NCBI GenBank assembly: GCA_040903985.1
Contig: JBBDUI010000002.1
Span: 326,038 to 390,037 of the forward strand
From: Candidatus Saccharimonadales bacterium
GTDB lineage: Bacteria; Patescibacteriota; Saccharimonadia; QS-5-54-17
DNA length: 64,000 nucleotides
Reading direction: 5' to 3'
The notes beneath the pieces were generated by a model. It was given only the letters and a program-made list of their open reading frames with translations. It ran no database searches and was not told where the DNA came from. The position numbers and the translations under genes were made by a program. Below are positions 1 through 10,309 of this stretch, one piece after another. Positions within the stretch are counted from its first letter, which is position 1. Each line of letters opens with the position of its first letter.

Positions 1-283
1 CCACCTTACCATCTAGCCGCAACGGGCGCAGACGTCTGCTCTCCCCTCTACCTTCGCGGAAAAGCCGCTCGCTATACTCTGGAGACAGGCCGACGTACTG
101 AGCATAGCTACGCAACTTACCTCGCGTATATACGTCATCACTGAGAGCGGAAGTGTCGCCCGCCTCAAGCTGGGCGATGAATTCAGTGCTGATTCCCAGG
201 GCTCGACTCACCTGCTCCGGACTTTTCTCCCGTTTCTCTCGCGCTTGCCGTAACTGTTGAGAGAGGTCGACTTTAGAGCTCAT
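1..283 (-). CDS. Partial CDS (5' part only; continues beyond window start): helix-turn-helix domain protein, RodZ/XRE-like N-terminus
   Basis: The minus-strand ATG at 281-283 overlaps the ftsK stop (ATGA-type overlap). Translation reads MSSKVDLSQQLRQAREKREKSPEQVSRALGISTEFIAQLEAGD, a typical HTH. It is absent from the ORF track because it runs off the window. Confidence 0.4.
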   Translation of the reverse strand, partial: MSSKVDLSQQLRQAREKREKSPEQVSRALGISTEFIAQLEAGDTSALSDDVYTRGKLRSYAQYVGLSPEYSERLFREGRGESRRLRPLRLDGKV

Positions 284-2396
284 CGTCTCCCATAATCTCA
301 GACACATCTCTAACTAGGACGTCACGCGGACGAGAACCGTCGGGACCGGAAACGATTCCCTGTTCCTCCAGCATGTCGATCAAGCGCGCGGCGCGTGAGT
401 AACCGACCCGGAGGCGACGCTGTAGCAATGAAGCCGAAGCCTTCCCCGACTCGATGACCAGCTTAGCTGCATCCATAAATAAGTCATCATCTCCATCACC
501 GATATCACCGAGTGCGTTAGCTCCTCCGCCCAGCTTTACTTTCTGGTTCAGCACCTCATCGTTGTACTGCGGTGGTCGGGCTTCCCTTAAGAAATCAGTT
601 ACCTTACGTACTTCCTGCTCACTTATAAATACACCTTGATTACGTCGTGGCTTGATAAAATCAGGGGCAAGAAACAGCATGTCGCCATTCCCTAGCAACT
701 TTTCGGCTCCGGCCGAATCAATGATGGTTCGGGAGTCGACCTGACTAACGGTCGAGAAGCTCATCCGAGCCGGTACGTTAGCCTTAATCAAGCCAGTGAT
801 CACGTTTACACTGGGTCTCTGGGTCGCTAATACCAAGTGGATACCGGTAGCGCGCGACTTCTGCGCTAAGCGGACGATTAAGCTCTCCACATCTTGAGCG
901 GCTAGCATCATCAGGTCGGCCATCTCATCGATGACGATGACGATATATGGCATATGTTCGTCGGTTTGAGAGGAGTTGTACTCACCGATGTTACGTTTAC
1001 CCAGTTCGGCAAACACGCTATAACGCCGTTCCATCTCCGCCACGGCCCACTTCAGGGCCGAAATCGTCTTCTCCGGATCGGTGATTACCGGACTGAGTAA
1101 GTGCGGGATGTCCTTATACAAGCTCAGCTCCACCTGCTTCGGATCGACTAAAATCAGCTTTAAGTCGGCCGGCGAGTTACGATAAAGGAGACTAAGCAAA
1201 AAAGCGTTAATCATCACCGACTTACCAGAACCGGTAGCGCCGGCTACTAGCAAATGGGGCATTTTAGCCAGATCGGCCACTTCGGCATTTCCTGCCACTC
1301 CACGTCCGAGAACGAAATTAAGCGAACTCTTGGCCTGTAGCCACTCATCCGCCTGTAATATCTCTCGCAAACGAACCACAGCCGATTTCTCGTTTGGCAC
1401 CTCGATACCGACTGCACTCTTGCCAGGAATCGGGGCCTCAACTCGCAGCGATTGAGCCGCTAAGTTCAACGCCAGGTTATGCTCTAGCTCCGTAATCTTG
1501 CTCAATTTAACGCCGCTAGCCGGTCGCAATGTATATTGAGTAACGGTTGGCCCGATATTAACCTCTTCCATCTCAACGTCTACACCGAAGCTACGTAGGG
1601 TCTCTTTAATAATTTCGGCTTTCTCTTCGGGTTTTCCAGCGCTAGCCTTGCCCTGCTTATCTTCTAGTAACTCTATAGAAGGCAGTGTCCAGTCAGGGTC
1701 GTTACTGGCGGTTAGAACCTCCGGCTCAGCGGTGCTCTCCTCAATACGATTTGAACTGCTACCTGATTTAGCTAACGGTACTTTGGCATTAATCTTCATC
1801 TTAGCCGGCATATCCTCGCCTAGCTGAGAGGCGAAATCATCTCGCGTCTGGGCACTACTCGCCCGCAAGCGGCCGAATGCTGCCCAGACCTCGCTTAAGG
1901 TCACATTTGCAGCTAGCACTGCACCGATCACACTGGTAGCTACCAAAGCAATCCCAGCCCCTACCTGGCTTAACAGTGCCGCCAGGGCAACACTCATACC
2001 GAAACCGATCACTCCGCCACCGACACCCTGTCGGGCCGTTGCGAAGTCGGTCACATCACTCAAGAGGCTAAACAAGCCAGCTAGCGAAGCCACTAAGAGT
2101 AGTAAGCCACCGTAATGAATCAGATGTAACTCTCGTGTCTTAGCTAGAAACAGCCGGATAGCAGTGTAGATTAAAGCAAAAGGTAGTACATATACTACCC
2201 GGCCAAACTGCCAAGATAAGACATCGATCAGTCCATCAGTTAGACGACCACCGACAAAGAACAGCGCTACTAGCAGCAACAGACCGAGCGCCAGCACAGC
2301 TACGGCGGCGGCCTCGCGGCCAACGCCCGGCGCCAGACTGGCGGGAACCTGGGTTTTTTTAGCTTTGGATTTGGACTTTTTTGCCGACTTTGCCAT
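273..2396 (-). CDS. ftsK: DNA translocase FtsK/SpoIIIE
   Basis: N-terminal multi-TM region. Motor domain with Walker A VAGATGSGKSVMINAFLLSLL and Walker B IVIVIDEMADLM. C-terminal gamma winged-helix LLQRRLRVGYSRAARLIDMLEEQGIV. Confidence 0.9.
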   Translation of the reverse strand: MAKSAKKSKSKAKKTQVPASLAPGVGREAAAVAVLALGLLLLVALFFVGGRLTDGLIDVLSWQFGRVVYVLPFALIYTAIRLFLAKTRELHLIHYGGLLLLVASLAGLFSLLSDVTDFATARQGVGGGVIGFGMSVALAALLSQVGAGIALVATSVIGAVLAANVTLSEVWAAFGRLRASSAQTRDDFASQLGEDMPAKMKINAKVPLAKSGSSSNRIEESTAEPEVLTASNDPDWTLPSIELLEDKQGKASAGKPEEKAEIIKETLRSFGVDVEMEEVNIGPTVTQYTLRPASGVKLSKITELEHNLALNLAAQSLRVEAPIPGKSAVGIEVPNEKSAVVRLREILQADEWLQAKSSLNFVLGRGVAGNAEVADLAKMPHLLVAGATGSGKSVMINAFLLSLLYRNSPADLKLILVDPKQVELSLYKDIPHLLSPVITDPEKTISALKWAVAEMERRYSVFAELGKRNIGEYNSSQTDEHMPYIVIVIDEMADLMMLAAQDVESLIVRLAQKSRATGIHLVLATQRPSVNVITGLIKANVPARMSFSTVSQVDSRTIIDSAGAEKLLGNGDMLFLAPDFIKPRRNQGVFISEQEVRKVTDFLREARPPQYNDEVLNQKVKLGGGANALGDIGDGDDDLFMDAAKLVIESGKASASLLQRRLRVGYSRAARLIDMLEEQGIVSGPDGSRPRDVLVRDVSEIMGDDEL

Positions 2397-2450
2397 TACT
2401 CAAGTAGTATACAGGACTTAACCTGATCGATGCACCGTAATCGCCACAGA

Positions 2451-4517
2451 TTACTGCTGATTCGAGTTGGGTGCTTTAGCCTGACTAGGCTTAGCCTGGC
2501 CAGACTGACCGTTTGGTGGAGTATTCCCGCGGTGGCGGTTACGTCCTCCCCCATTCGGACGGGACTGAGACTTACCCCCACCCCCAACCAAGTTGACTAC
2601 TGGAATTACCATTGGAGCCTTACCGGTCTCATTAAAGAGAAAGCCACTAACTTCATCGCGCAAGTTCTGTTTGAAGACTTTTAGATCACTCCGACGAATC
2701 TGCTGCTTAGTGAAATCACGCAATTGGTTACGTAGGCCGTCAAGTAGTTCACCCTGCTCCTGCATGTGGATGAAACCGCGCGAGATGATATCCGGGCTGC
2801 TTAACATCTGCTTCGACTGCTTATCGACGGTCAGTACGACCACTACTATGCCGTCCTCGCCCATGAGCAGACGGTCCTTAATCACTAAGTTCGGCACAAC
2901 CGAGCCGGTCTGATCGACCAGTACCGTACCGGCCGGGACATGACCGTCTCGGTTCAGCTGGCCAGAATCGTTAAACTCAAGTACGTCACCGTTATCGATT
3001 AGTACGACCTGCTCCCGAGTGTAACCGGCGCTTTCGGCGATACTGACGTAACGTTGGCGGTGGAAATACGGACCATGATTCGGCATGATGTACTTCGGCT
3101 TGGTCATCTCAATCATCTGTTTAAGCTCATCTCGGTTACCATGACCGGAAACGTGCAATGGACCACAACCGTCGAGTTCGTGAGTTCGGTGACGGTAAAC
3201 GCTAGCACCCAGCCGCATCAGACGATCGACATTTTTCGCCACTGCCACTTCGTTACCGGGGATTGGGTTTGAGCTTAAGATCACGGTGTCGCCCTCTTTG
3301 AGCTTGATGTGGTTGTGATCGCCATAAGACATTCGCTGCAGGGCGGCGTTAGGTTCACCCTGAGAACCGGTGCAGATAATGGTCACCTCACGATCATCGA
3401 CGTTGGCGATGTCTTTCATGGCCACGATCGTACCCTGAGGAATCTTCATATAGCCCAACTTGAAGGCAAGCTCGACGGTGGCTAGCATACTGCGGCCATC
3501 GATGGCGACACGGCGGCCGCTTTCAACGGAAGCGTTAATGATCATCTGCATACGGTTAATATTACTGGAGAATGTCGAGACCAGTACTCGCCCGCTGGAC
3601 TGATGCAAAATGTCATGGAAGCTCTTCTCTAGAGTGTGTTCCGTCTCGGTACGTCCTGGGCTCTCGGTATTGGTGCTCTCAGCCATCAATAGCAATACAC
3701 CTTCACGGCCCAACTCCTCTAATCGACTAATGTCAGACGGGTGGTGATCCAGTGGTTCTGGATCGAGCCGGAAGTCACCAGTGTGGATAATGCGACCAAC
3801 TGGAGTATCTATCACTACCGCGGTACAGTCCGGAATCGAGTGAGTAACGCGTACCAGTTCGATGAAGAAGGGTCCAACCTTCAGCTTCTCATGGTTGTCG
3901 ATATTCATCGCCACTGTCTCTGGTACAAAATCTAACTCGAGGTCACTGTCTTTAATCTGTTTCTCCACCATACCGACGGTAAAGGTAGAGCCGTAAACCG
4001 GGGCCGGGATCTTCGGTATCACAAACGGAGTAGCTCCAATGTGGTCTAGGTGGCCATGAGTAAAGACATAGCCGCGTACCTTGTGTTTAATCGACTCTAA
4101 GTAGGTAATGTCCGGGATGCCGTAGTTAATGCCCGGCAGATCCAGTCCGAGGGCAAATCCACAGTCGACTACGATAGCATCATCGCCGTACTCGATTACG
4201 TTCATGTTGTTGTTACCGACCTCATCTTGACCGCCTAGTGGAGTCACTTTTAGCTTCGGTGTGCCCTCATCAAGCTGATTGGCCTGTTTCTGACGCATAG
4301 CTAATCGAGCACGGTCAGCATCGGTTACGACATCATCAAACAGCGCATTACGGTGGGCATCGTCTTGATTACGACGCACCTCACGTTCGGCTGCTCGGGC
4401 ATTACGCCGTGAATTGTGTGGCTTGCTGTTGGCCGATGACTGATTCTGCGGCCGACGATTCCGACCACGATTCCGATTTTGGTTATTGTTATTGTTCTTC
4501 TTATTTTCTTCTGACAT
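2451..4517 (-). CDS. rnj: Ribonuclease J (metallo-beta-lactamase / beta-CASP) with Arg/Gly/Asn-rich low-complexity N- and C-terminal extensions
   Basis: HxHxDH motif VFTHGHLDHIGA and overall RNase J architecture. N-terminus NNNNNQNRNRGRNRRPQ and C-terminus GGGGKSQSRPNGGGRNRHRG are low complexity. Confidence 0.85.
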   Translation of the reverse strand: MSEENKKNNNNNQNRNRGRNRRPQNQSSANSKPHNSRRNARAAEREVRRNQDDAHRNALFDDVVTDADRARLAMRQKQANQLDEGTPKLKVTPLGGQDEVGNNNMNVIEYGDDAIVVDCGFALGLDLPGINYGIPDITYLESIKHKVRGYVFTHGHLDHIGATPFVIPKIPAPVYGSTFTVGMVEKQIKDSDLELDFVPETVAMNIDNHEKLKVGPFFIELVRVTHSIPDCTAVVIDTPVGRIIHTGDFRLDPEPLDHHPSDISRLEELGREGVLLLMAESTNTESPGRTETEHTLEKSFHDILHQSSGRVLVSTFSSNINRMQMIINASVESGRRVAIDGRSMLATVELAFKLGYMKIPQGTIVAMKDIANVDDREVTIICTGSQGEPNAALQRMSYGDHNHIKLKEGDTVILSSNPIPGNEVAVAKNVDRLMRLGASVYRHRTHELDGCGPLHVSGHGNRDELKQMIEMTKPKYIMPNHGPYFHRQRYVSIAESAGYTREQVVLIDNGDVLEFNDSGQLNRDGHVPAGTVLVDQTGSVVPNLVIKDRLLMGEDGIVVVVLTVDKQSKQMLSSPDIISRGFIHMQEQGELLDGLRNQLRDFTKQQIRRSDLKVFKQNLRDEVSGFLFNETGKAPMVIPVVNLVGGGGKSQSRPNGGGRNRHRGNTPPNGQSGQAKPSQAKAPNSNQQ

Positions 4518-4545
4518 AGTTTATGTCTCCTTATTATATAATTGG

Positions 4546-5202
4546 TTAATTAGTTAATAATTCTAAAATTTGGGGTATCTGGGCAAAGTCATCCAGTAAG
4601 GTTTGCCGCTGAGCGCCGTTATACAGTGCAGCGGCAGGATGATATAGCGGCAAAAGGACTACTCGCCCATCAGCTAAGAGGTCTGACTCTAGCTGCATGG
4701 GCTTGACGTCACCCGCACCGGACTCCATCAGCTTAACGCTTTGCGGTTGCCCGTGAATGTGGCCGATAGTTTCGTTCGGCAAGAACACATTCATAGGAAA
4801 CCGTCCGAGAGTGACTACTAACTTCGGCTGAATGATTTCCAGCTGCCGAGCCAGATACGGCATAAAGGCCGCCACTTCAGCCGGAGCAGGATCTCGGTTG
4901 TCTGGCGGACGATACTTTACAATGTTAGTAATGTAGATATCATCCCGGGCTAAATTAACCGAGTCCAGCATTACGTCTAGGAATTTTCCAGCTGCGCCAA
5001 CAAATGGCTGACCACTCTCATCTTCGCGCTTACCGGGTGCTTCACCGATGAAAACGGTGCTGGCATCGGGATTGCCGGCACCCATGACTAACTGTTGGGC
5101 CGTAGCCCGTAACTCAGCAGTAGTACCACTGGTCTCAATATCTCGGGCCAAAGTATTTAACTGAAGTGTCTTATCCATAGTTACAAACGGCATAGCTAGC
5201 AC
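4546..5202 (-). CDS. Uracil-DNA glycosylase superfamily protein (family 4-like, cysteine-free)
   Basis: Motif A GEAPGKREDESGQPFVGAAGKFL and motif B LYHPAAALY. No Cys residues, so no Fe-S cluster. Start codon uncertain (alternative MDKTLQ at 5175). Confidence 0.75.
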   Translation of the reverse strand: MLAMPFVTMDKTLQLNTLARDIETSGTTAELRATAQQLVMGAGNPDASTVFIGEAPGKREDESGQPFVGAAGKFLDVMLDSVNLARDDIYITNIVKYRPPDNRDPAPAEVAAFMPYLARQLEIIQPKLVVTLGRFPMNVFLPNETIGHIHGQPQSVKLMESGAGDVKPMQLESDLLADGRVVLLPLYHPAAALYNGAQRQTLLDDFAQIPQILELLTN

Positions 5203-5250
5203 CGTGAAGCTACTGCCGCGACTGCTAAGTCGAGCCTAGCTCTCCGGTTG

Positions 5251-7374
5251 CTACTCATCGGCAGCTTTCTTGCTTAGCTTGAGGCGACCCATGTCGTCGA
5301 TACCGATTAGTTTGACGCGAATCGAATCGCCCTCACTAACCTCATCTTCTACCCGCTCAATTCGGTGATCGGCAAACTCGGAAATATGCACGAGTCCATC
5401 CTTGCCAGGCATGATCTCAACGAAAGCACCGAAGTCCATGATCTTCACCACCTTACCATCGTAGACGGTGCCGATCTCCGGATCCTCAGTTAGACCACGG
5501 ATCAACTCGATCGCCTTCTCAGCTCCAGCTGCATTACCGGTCTCTGCCGCTACCAGAACTAAACCGTCATCTTTAATATCGATCTGAGCCCCGGTTTCGT
5601 CAATGATGCCGTTAATCGTCTCGCCGCCCTTGCCGATGACGGTCCGAATCTTATCTGGACTGATCTTAACCGTCAAGATACGCGGCGCATTCTGGTTAAG
5701 CTCGGGTCTAGGGGCCTCTAGTACGCTTAGCATATGGTCGAGGATATGAGCTCGACCAGCTTTAGCTTGGGTTAAAGCCTCGCTCATGATCTGAGGTGTA
5801 ATACCTTTAACCTTGATATCCATCTGCAGCGCTGTAATGCCCTCACTAGTTCCAGCCACCTTGAAGTCCATATCACCGGCGAAGTCCTCGGCACCAGCGA
5901 TATCAGAGAGAATCTTATACTCCCCGTCTTCGCCCTTCATCAATCCCATAGCGATACCGGAAACCGGTCGCTTCAGCGGTACACCGGCGTCCATCATACT
6001 CAGTGTCGCACTGCAGACACTAGCCATCGACGTCGAACCGTTACTAGTAGTAATCTCTGAGACGCTACGGATTACGTAAGGGAAGTCTTCCTGAGAAGGA
6101 ATCATCGGGTCCAGTGCTCGTTCAGCTAAGGCACCGTGACCGATCTCCCGCCGACCAGGTGTGCGCATCGGGCTCACCTCACCGACCGAGTAACCGGGAA
6201 AATTGTAATGATGCAGGAAGTGCTTTTCGCGATCTTCTTCCATAGTGTCAATCATGAGAGCAAAACTCGACGAGGCCAGGGTAGTAATATTCAGCGCCTG
6301 GGTGCTACCTCTAGTAAAGAGAGCTGAGCCGTGAGTTCGAGGCAGTACCCCTACTTGGGAGCTAAGCGGTCGAACTTCATCAGTTTGGCGATTATCCGGA
6401 CGAGCGCCTTCCTCTAGAATAGCCCGCCGGACTTCACGCTTAATGGCAGCCTCAAAGCTCTCCGACACGTGAGCTCGTTCGTAACGATCGGCATGCGTAC
6501 TAGCAAAGTGCTCGATCACTTCCTCTCTCAGGTTCTCTACTGCCCGGTGCCGCGCATAGTGACTTTCGTGACGAACGGCTGGGCCTAATCGATCGCGCAA
6601 AAACTTACTCATCTCATCTTCCAACTCAGTATCATCCTCATGGACCTCATACTTCATAGTAGTCACTTCCATCTGCTGGGCCAGATCCTGCTGTAGCTTA
6701 ATCACTGGCTGCATAGCCTGATGGGCCAGCTCTAGAGCCTCACTCATCGTGGCTTCATCTACTTCGTCGGCGGCTGCCTCTACCATCATGATAGCTTCGC
6801 TTGTTCCGGCTACGGTCAGCTCGAGATCACTCTCATCCATCTGCTTGTTAGTCGGATATGGCACTAACTTGCCGTCGATCAAACCTACCTTCACCCCGGC
6901 AATCGGTCCGGCAAAAGGAGCTCCACTGAGCGTGAGAGCACTAGAGATCGCGATCATAGCCAGAATGTCGGTACTGTGCTCCATATCGGCACTCAACACA
7001 GTAGCTACGCCCTGAACATCATGACGGAAGCCTTTCGGAAACAGGGGTCGAATTGGTCGGTCGATCAACCGCGCCGTTAAAGTGGCGGCCTCACTAGGGC
7101 GACCTTCCCGCTTAACGTAACGTGAACCGGATATCTTACCGGTAGCGTACATCTTCTCCTCATAATCAATTAGTAGCGGGAAAAAATCAATGCCATCCCG
7201 TACCTTGTTCGACACTACGGCCGTCCCCATGATGACAGTATCACCATATCGAACCGTAACTGCACCATCGGCTAGAAAGGCCATATGTCCGGTCTCGATC
7301 GTCAGTGTCTTACCACAAAACTCGGTCTCGACTTTTAGTTGTTTTCCGTTAAATGGGTGGATAATTGTATCCAT
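5251..7374 (-). CDS. pnp: Polyribonucleotide nucleotidyltransferase (PNPase)
   Basis: Two RNase PH domains, then a KH domain (ILTVKISPDKIRTVIGKGGETINGI) and an S1 domain (GTVYDGKVVKIMDFGAFVEI). Confidence 0.9.
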   Translation of the reverse strand: MDTIIHPFNGKQLKVETEFCGKTLTIETGHMAFLADGAVTVRYGDTVIMGTAVVSNKVRDGIDFFPLLIDYEEKMYATGKISGSRYVKREGRPSEAATLTARLIDRPIRPLFPKGFRHDVQGVATVLSADMEHSTDILAMIAISSALTLSGAPFAGPIAGVKVGLIDGKLVPYPTNKQMDESDLELTVAGTSEAIMMVEAAADEVDEATMSEALELAHQAMQPVIKLQQDLAQQMEVTTMKYEVHEDDTELEDEMSKFLRDRLGPAVRHESHYARHRAVENLREEVIEHFASTHADRYERAHVSESFEAAIKREVRRAILEEGARPDNRQTDEVRPLSSQVGVLPRTHGSALFTRGSTQALNITTLASSSFALMIDTMEEDREKHFLHHYNFPGYSVGEVSPMRTPGRREIGHGALAERALDPMIPSQEDFPYVIRSVSEITTSNGSTSMASVCSATLSMMDAGVPLKRPVSGIAMGLMKGEDGEYKILSDIAGAEDFAGDMDFKVAGTSEGITALQMDIKVKGITPQIMSEALTQAKAGRAHILDHMLSVLEAPRPELNQNAPRILTVKISPDKIRTVIGKGGETINGIIDETGAQIDIKDDGLVLVAAETGNAAGAEKAIELIRGLTEDPEIGTVYDGKVVKIMDFGAFVEIMPGKDGLVHISEFADHRIERVEDEVSEGDSIRVKLIGIDDMGRLKLSKKAADE

Positions 7375-7504
7375 AGACTCCTTTGCTTACCACATATGAG
7401 GCAGGGTACAGACATCGCTTTATAAAAAGCATGGCTGTTGCACTACCTCAACCTGGATAAATTAATTTATTAACACTTACGATGACTCCTCTACACTTCG
7501 TCAT

Positions 7505-7551
7505 CCTAAAACTGTTTCAGGGGTGAATCAGCTCAGCCTAAGCTGAAACAG
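7505..7551 (-). terminator. Intrinsic terminator of rpsO / pnp leader hairpin
   Basis: Minus-strand hairpin CUGUUUCAG...CUGAAACAG (9 bp stem) followed by UUUUAGG, immediately downstream of the rpsO stop. This is the classic rpsO-pnp intergenic structure. Confidence 0.6.
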
Positions 7552-7565
7552 ATCCAGAATGACGC

Positions 7566-7832
7566 TTAGCGACGAAGGCCTAGCTTCTTCACAATCTTCT
7601 GGTAGCTATCAACATCTTTACGCTTGAGATAGTCGAGCAGACGGCGGCGCTTACCTACCATCTGTAGCAGGCCGCGGCGGGAGTGACGATCCTTCTTGTG
7701 AATCTTAAGGTGTTCGGTCAGAGACTGAATACGCTCGGTAAGAATACCTACCTGCACCTGAGGAGAACCGGTATCGGTCTTGTGGGTGCCCAGCTCTTGG
7801 ACAATTTGTTGTTTCTTCTTATTCTCTAACAT
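7566..7832 (-). CDS. rpsO: 30S ribosomal protein S15
   Basis: 89 aa from internal Met [11 protein letters not shown]...[20 protein letters not shown]. The tracked ORF extends 17 codons upstream, but the S15 alignment starts at this Met. Confidence 0.85.
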   Translation of the reverse strand: MLENKKKQQIVQELGTHKTDTGSPQVQVGILTERIQSLTEHLKIHKKDRHSRRGLLQMVGKRRRLLDYLKRKDVDSYQKIVKKLGLRR

Positions 7833-7975
7833 TGCTCTTTCATAGTACCAATTATTACGACTTGCAACAATAACACAGCGCACTGAAACGGCGCAACTAG
7901 TCTGTTATCTTACCCTGTTATCCCGGTGGGCTCCGGTAAGTTATTAATTTACTATAACTAAGAATGCTATATTTG

Positions 7976-8710
7976 TCAAATAAATGCCTGCTCTAGAGGA
8001 ATGATCTGGCGTCGCAACTCCTCGGCCGTCAGTTGGGGCGAAACCGCCGTCGCCACACTCCACTCACCAATTGCAGTCCGGCGCAGACTGCTCAGGTAGC
8101 CCCCCACCCCTAAACCAGCTCCGATATCACGCGCCAAGCTGCGAATATAGGTACCGCTCGATACATGTACATTAAAACCAAGGCGGGGGTAGTGATAACT
8201 GATACCACTGATTTCATGCACGATAACCGGGCGCGGGTGCAATTCCACCGGTTCTCCCCGTCGCGCCAGCTTATAGGCACGCTGGCCATCGATCTTAATC
8301 GCCGAGTGCTGGGGTGGTAGCTGTGTAATGGGGCCGCGGAAACGCTGCAGCACCGTCTCTACATCGGCCAAGGTAGGCGGCTGTGCTCGCCCAGTAGCTA
8401 GATCAGTAGTGATCTTCCCTTCGGCGTCGTCGGTACTACTGATAGCTCCCAGAGTCATCTCGGCCGTGTACCACTTATCGAGCTTCATAAAGTCGGCCTG
8501 CGCCTTAGTGGCCTTCCCGACTAAAACGATTAAAAGACCGGTCGCCATAGGATCCAGTGTTCCGGCGTGGCCAACTCGAAACTTTACTGCTCTATCGAGA
8601 TCGGCAGGCTGACTGGTTTGCCATAACGAACGCAGAGATGATCGGATCTTCCCGACCACATCGTGTGAGGTCCAGCTCTCGGGCTTATCTACTAGAAGTA
8701 TGCCATCCAT
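7976..8710 (-). CDS. truB: tRNA pseudouridine(55) synthase TruB
   Basis: LLVDKPESWTSHDVV and the catalytic Asp motif RVGHAGTLDPMATGLL. Confidence 0.9.
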   Translation of the reverse strand: MDGILLVDKPESWTSHDVVGKIRSSLRSLWQTSQPADLDRAVKFRVGHAGTLDPMATGLLIVLVGKATKAQADFMKLDKWYTAEMTLGAISSTDDAEGKITTDLATGRAQPPTLADVETVLQRFRGPITQLPPQHSAIKIDGQRAYKLARRGEPVELHPRPVIVHEISGISYHYPRLGFNVHVSSGTYIRSLARDIGAGLGVGGYLSSLRRTAIGEWSVATAVSPQLTAEELRRQIIPLEQAFI

Positions 8711-8749
8711 AACTCCTAGGGTATAGGGTTTGTGTCCGACGGGCTAGAC

Positions 8750-10186
8750 TCAAACTCCCGCCGGTGGCGGTGGTGGCTGATTAGCGGCTGGAGCTTGGCC
8801 ACCTTGATGCGCCTGCTCGACCGCCTTACGGGCGGCTTCCAGCTCGGCACCTAAATCAGGCGCCTCCGGGTTAGGAGCGGTAGGACCAGTCTGAGCGGTA
8901 TCGCCAATATCATTAATGTTGGGTGGTGGAGTGGGTGGCGGTGGCTGGATCACCTTCTCGCCATGCTGAGGCTGATCAGTCGGTCCTTGGGTACCTCCAC
9001 CCTGATGAGCTGGTCCATCAATACTGGGCGTCGGTGGGTTGGGTTGCAATGGTGGGGCTAGTTGTCCGCCTATACTGTGACCCATAGCGGGAAAGCCAGG
9101 ATTAGGTGGTGAGGATGGTGGCGATATCGGCGGGGTAATCGGAGTTGGAGCTGACGGTGGTGGCTGAACGGCAGTAGGCTCCGGCTTGGGTGGTGCAGGC
9201 GGCGGTGTTGGCTCAGGTGGTTGAGTAACAACCGACTCTGGCTCAGGTGAAAGAGTAAATCCTTCACTACTGGCTGGCGTTGGCTGAGTATGACGAATCT
9301 GGAACTCATTCGACGGTACCTCAGAAGGTTTAGGCGGCTGCTCTTGATCGTGCTTACCCTCTTTAGTCTCGTCTGATGCCTTAGCTGTAGACGATTTAGA
9401 CGCTGAACTGTGTGGCTTTGGGTGAGTTACCGGGGCAGATAGACGCTTCACCACCTCGGCCTGATTAGCTCCGGCCGCTAGCAGCTGTGCCGCCATAGTC
9501 ATAACTTTCGGAGTAGTAGCACTGTTAGTAAAATGCTCCGTCTTGTCCACGATACCGGTGAAGAGTGCGGTAGCAATATCTTTATCTACCATGCCACTAC
9601 CTAGTGCTTCGGACATACTCATCACCATCTCACAAATCGAACTCGCACTCGGATCGTTCCAGCTTAACGCCTCCCCTGCTTCACTACTAGTCGTGATAAA
9701 GGCAAACTTAGCATTTTGGGTTAGCTTCTGCTCTTTAGTTACAGCTGGATCGAGTTGACTCGGGTTGGTAGCTCCTAGTCCGATGATAACGTCACAATGA
9801 TAATCCCCATAACTAAAGCCGACATCACTAGCACTATACACGCCATTATAAGGAGTAATGTATATCTTTAATTTTCCACCCTCAGTTACATATTTAAGAT
9901 GGTCGGCCTCAGTGCGCGATTGATCGACTTCGATAACGAAGTCGCGTTGACCTTGTAGTTTATCATTAACAAGTTTTACTGGAAGGAAGTCGAGCTGACT
10001 CGGCACAGGAGTCGCGATGACTATCTCTGCCACCTTCTCTAACTTCATTAGTAATAAATGCAGTCCTATGGCAGCTGCGATTTCATCTCGACCAGGATTT
10101 TTCGCGGTCGTAATAACAACACTTTCTGCACCGCGTAACGCCTCAGTTAGCTGTTGTTTTGGAGAGGGCTGTCCATTGTTATCCAT
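8750..10186 (-). CDS. DHH-family phosphoesterase (NrnA-like) with ~220 aa Pro-rich low-complexity C-terminal extension
   Basis: N-terminal DHH-like motifs VVITTAKNPGRDEIAAAIGL and GDYHCDVIIGLG. Location downstream of truB is typical for nrnA. C-terminal half is PPEPTPPPAPPKPEPTAVQPPPSAPTPITPPISPPSSPP. Confidence 0.6.
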   Translation of the reverse strand: MDNNGQPSPKQQLTEALRGAESVVITTAKNPGRDEIAAAIGLHLLLMKLEKVAEIVIATPVPSQLDFLPVKLVNDKLQGQRDFVIEVDQSRTEADHLKYVTEGGKLKIYITPYNGVYSASDVGFSYGDYHCDVIIGLGATNPSQLDPAVTKEQKLTQNAKFAFITTSSEAGEALSWNDPSASSICEMVMSMSEALGSGMVDKDIATALFTGIVDKTEHFTNSATTPKVMTMAAQLLAAGANQAEVVKRLSAPVTHPKPHSSASKSSTAKASDETKEGKHDQEQPPKPSEVPSNEFQIRHTQPTPASSEGFTLSPEPESVVTQPPEPTPPPAPPKPEPTAVQPPPSAPTPITPPISPPSSPPNPGFPAMGHSIGGQLAPPLQPNPPTPSIDGPAHQGGGTQGPTDQPQHGEKVIQPPPPTPPPNINDIGDTAQTGPTAPNPEAPDLGAELEAARKAVEQAHQGGQAPAANQPPPPPAGV

Positions 10187-10234
10187 AATTCTTACGCTAC
10201 GCTAACCATCCCTGTTTTGTCAAACCTACAACAC

Positions 10235-10263
10235 TTTACAAGCCGCCCACCCTTAGCTATAGT
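10235..10263 (+). promoter_or_regulatory. Sigma-70-like promoter of rpsT
   Basis: TTTACA, 17 nt spacer, TATAGT. RBS AAGGGAG lies 9 nt upstream of the ATG at 10310. Confidence 0.45.
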
Positions 10264-10309
10264 CTAACTTTGAATTTATCGAGCAATAAGCCAAGGGAGC
10301 TAGAAGCAT

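Noticed and set aside
7833-7883. 17-codon N-terminal extension of rpsO in the tracked ORF ([17 protein letters not shown])
   Set aside because: S15 homology begins at the internal Met (MLENKKKQ), and the extension has no counterpart in S15 proteins. The upstream ATG is probably not used.
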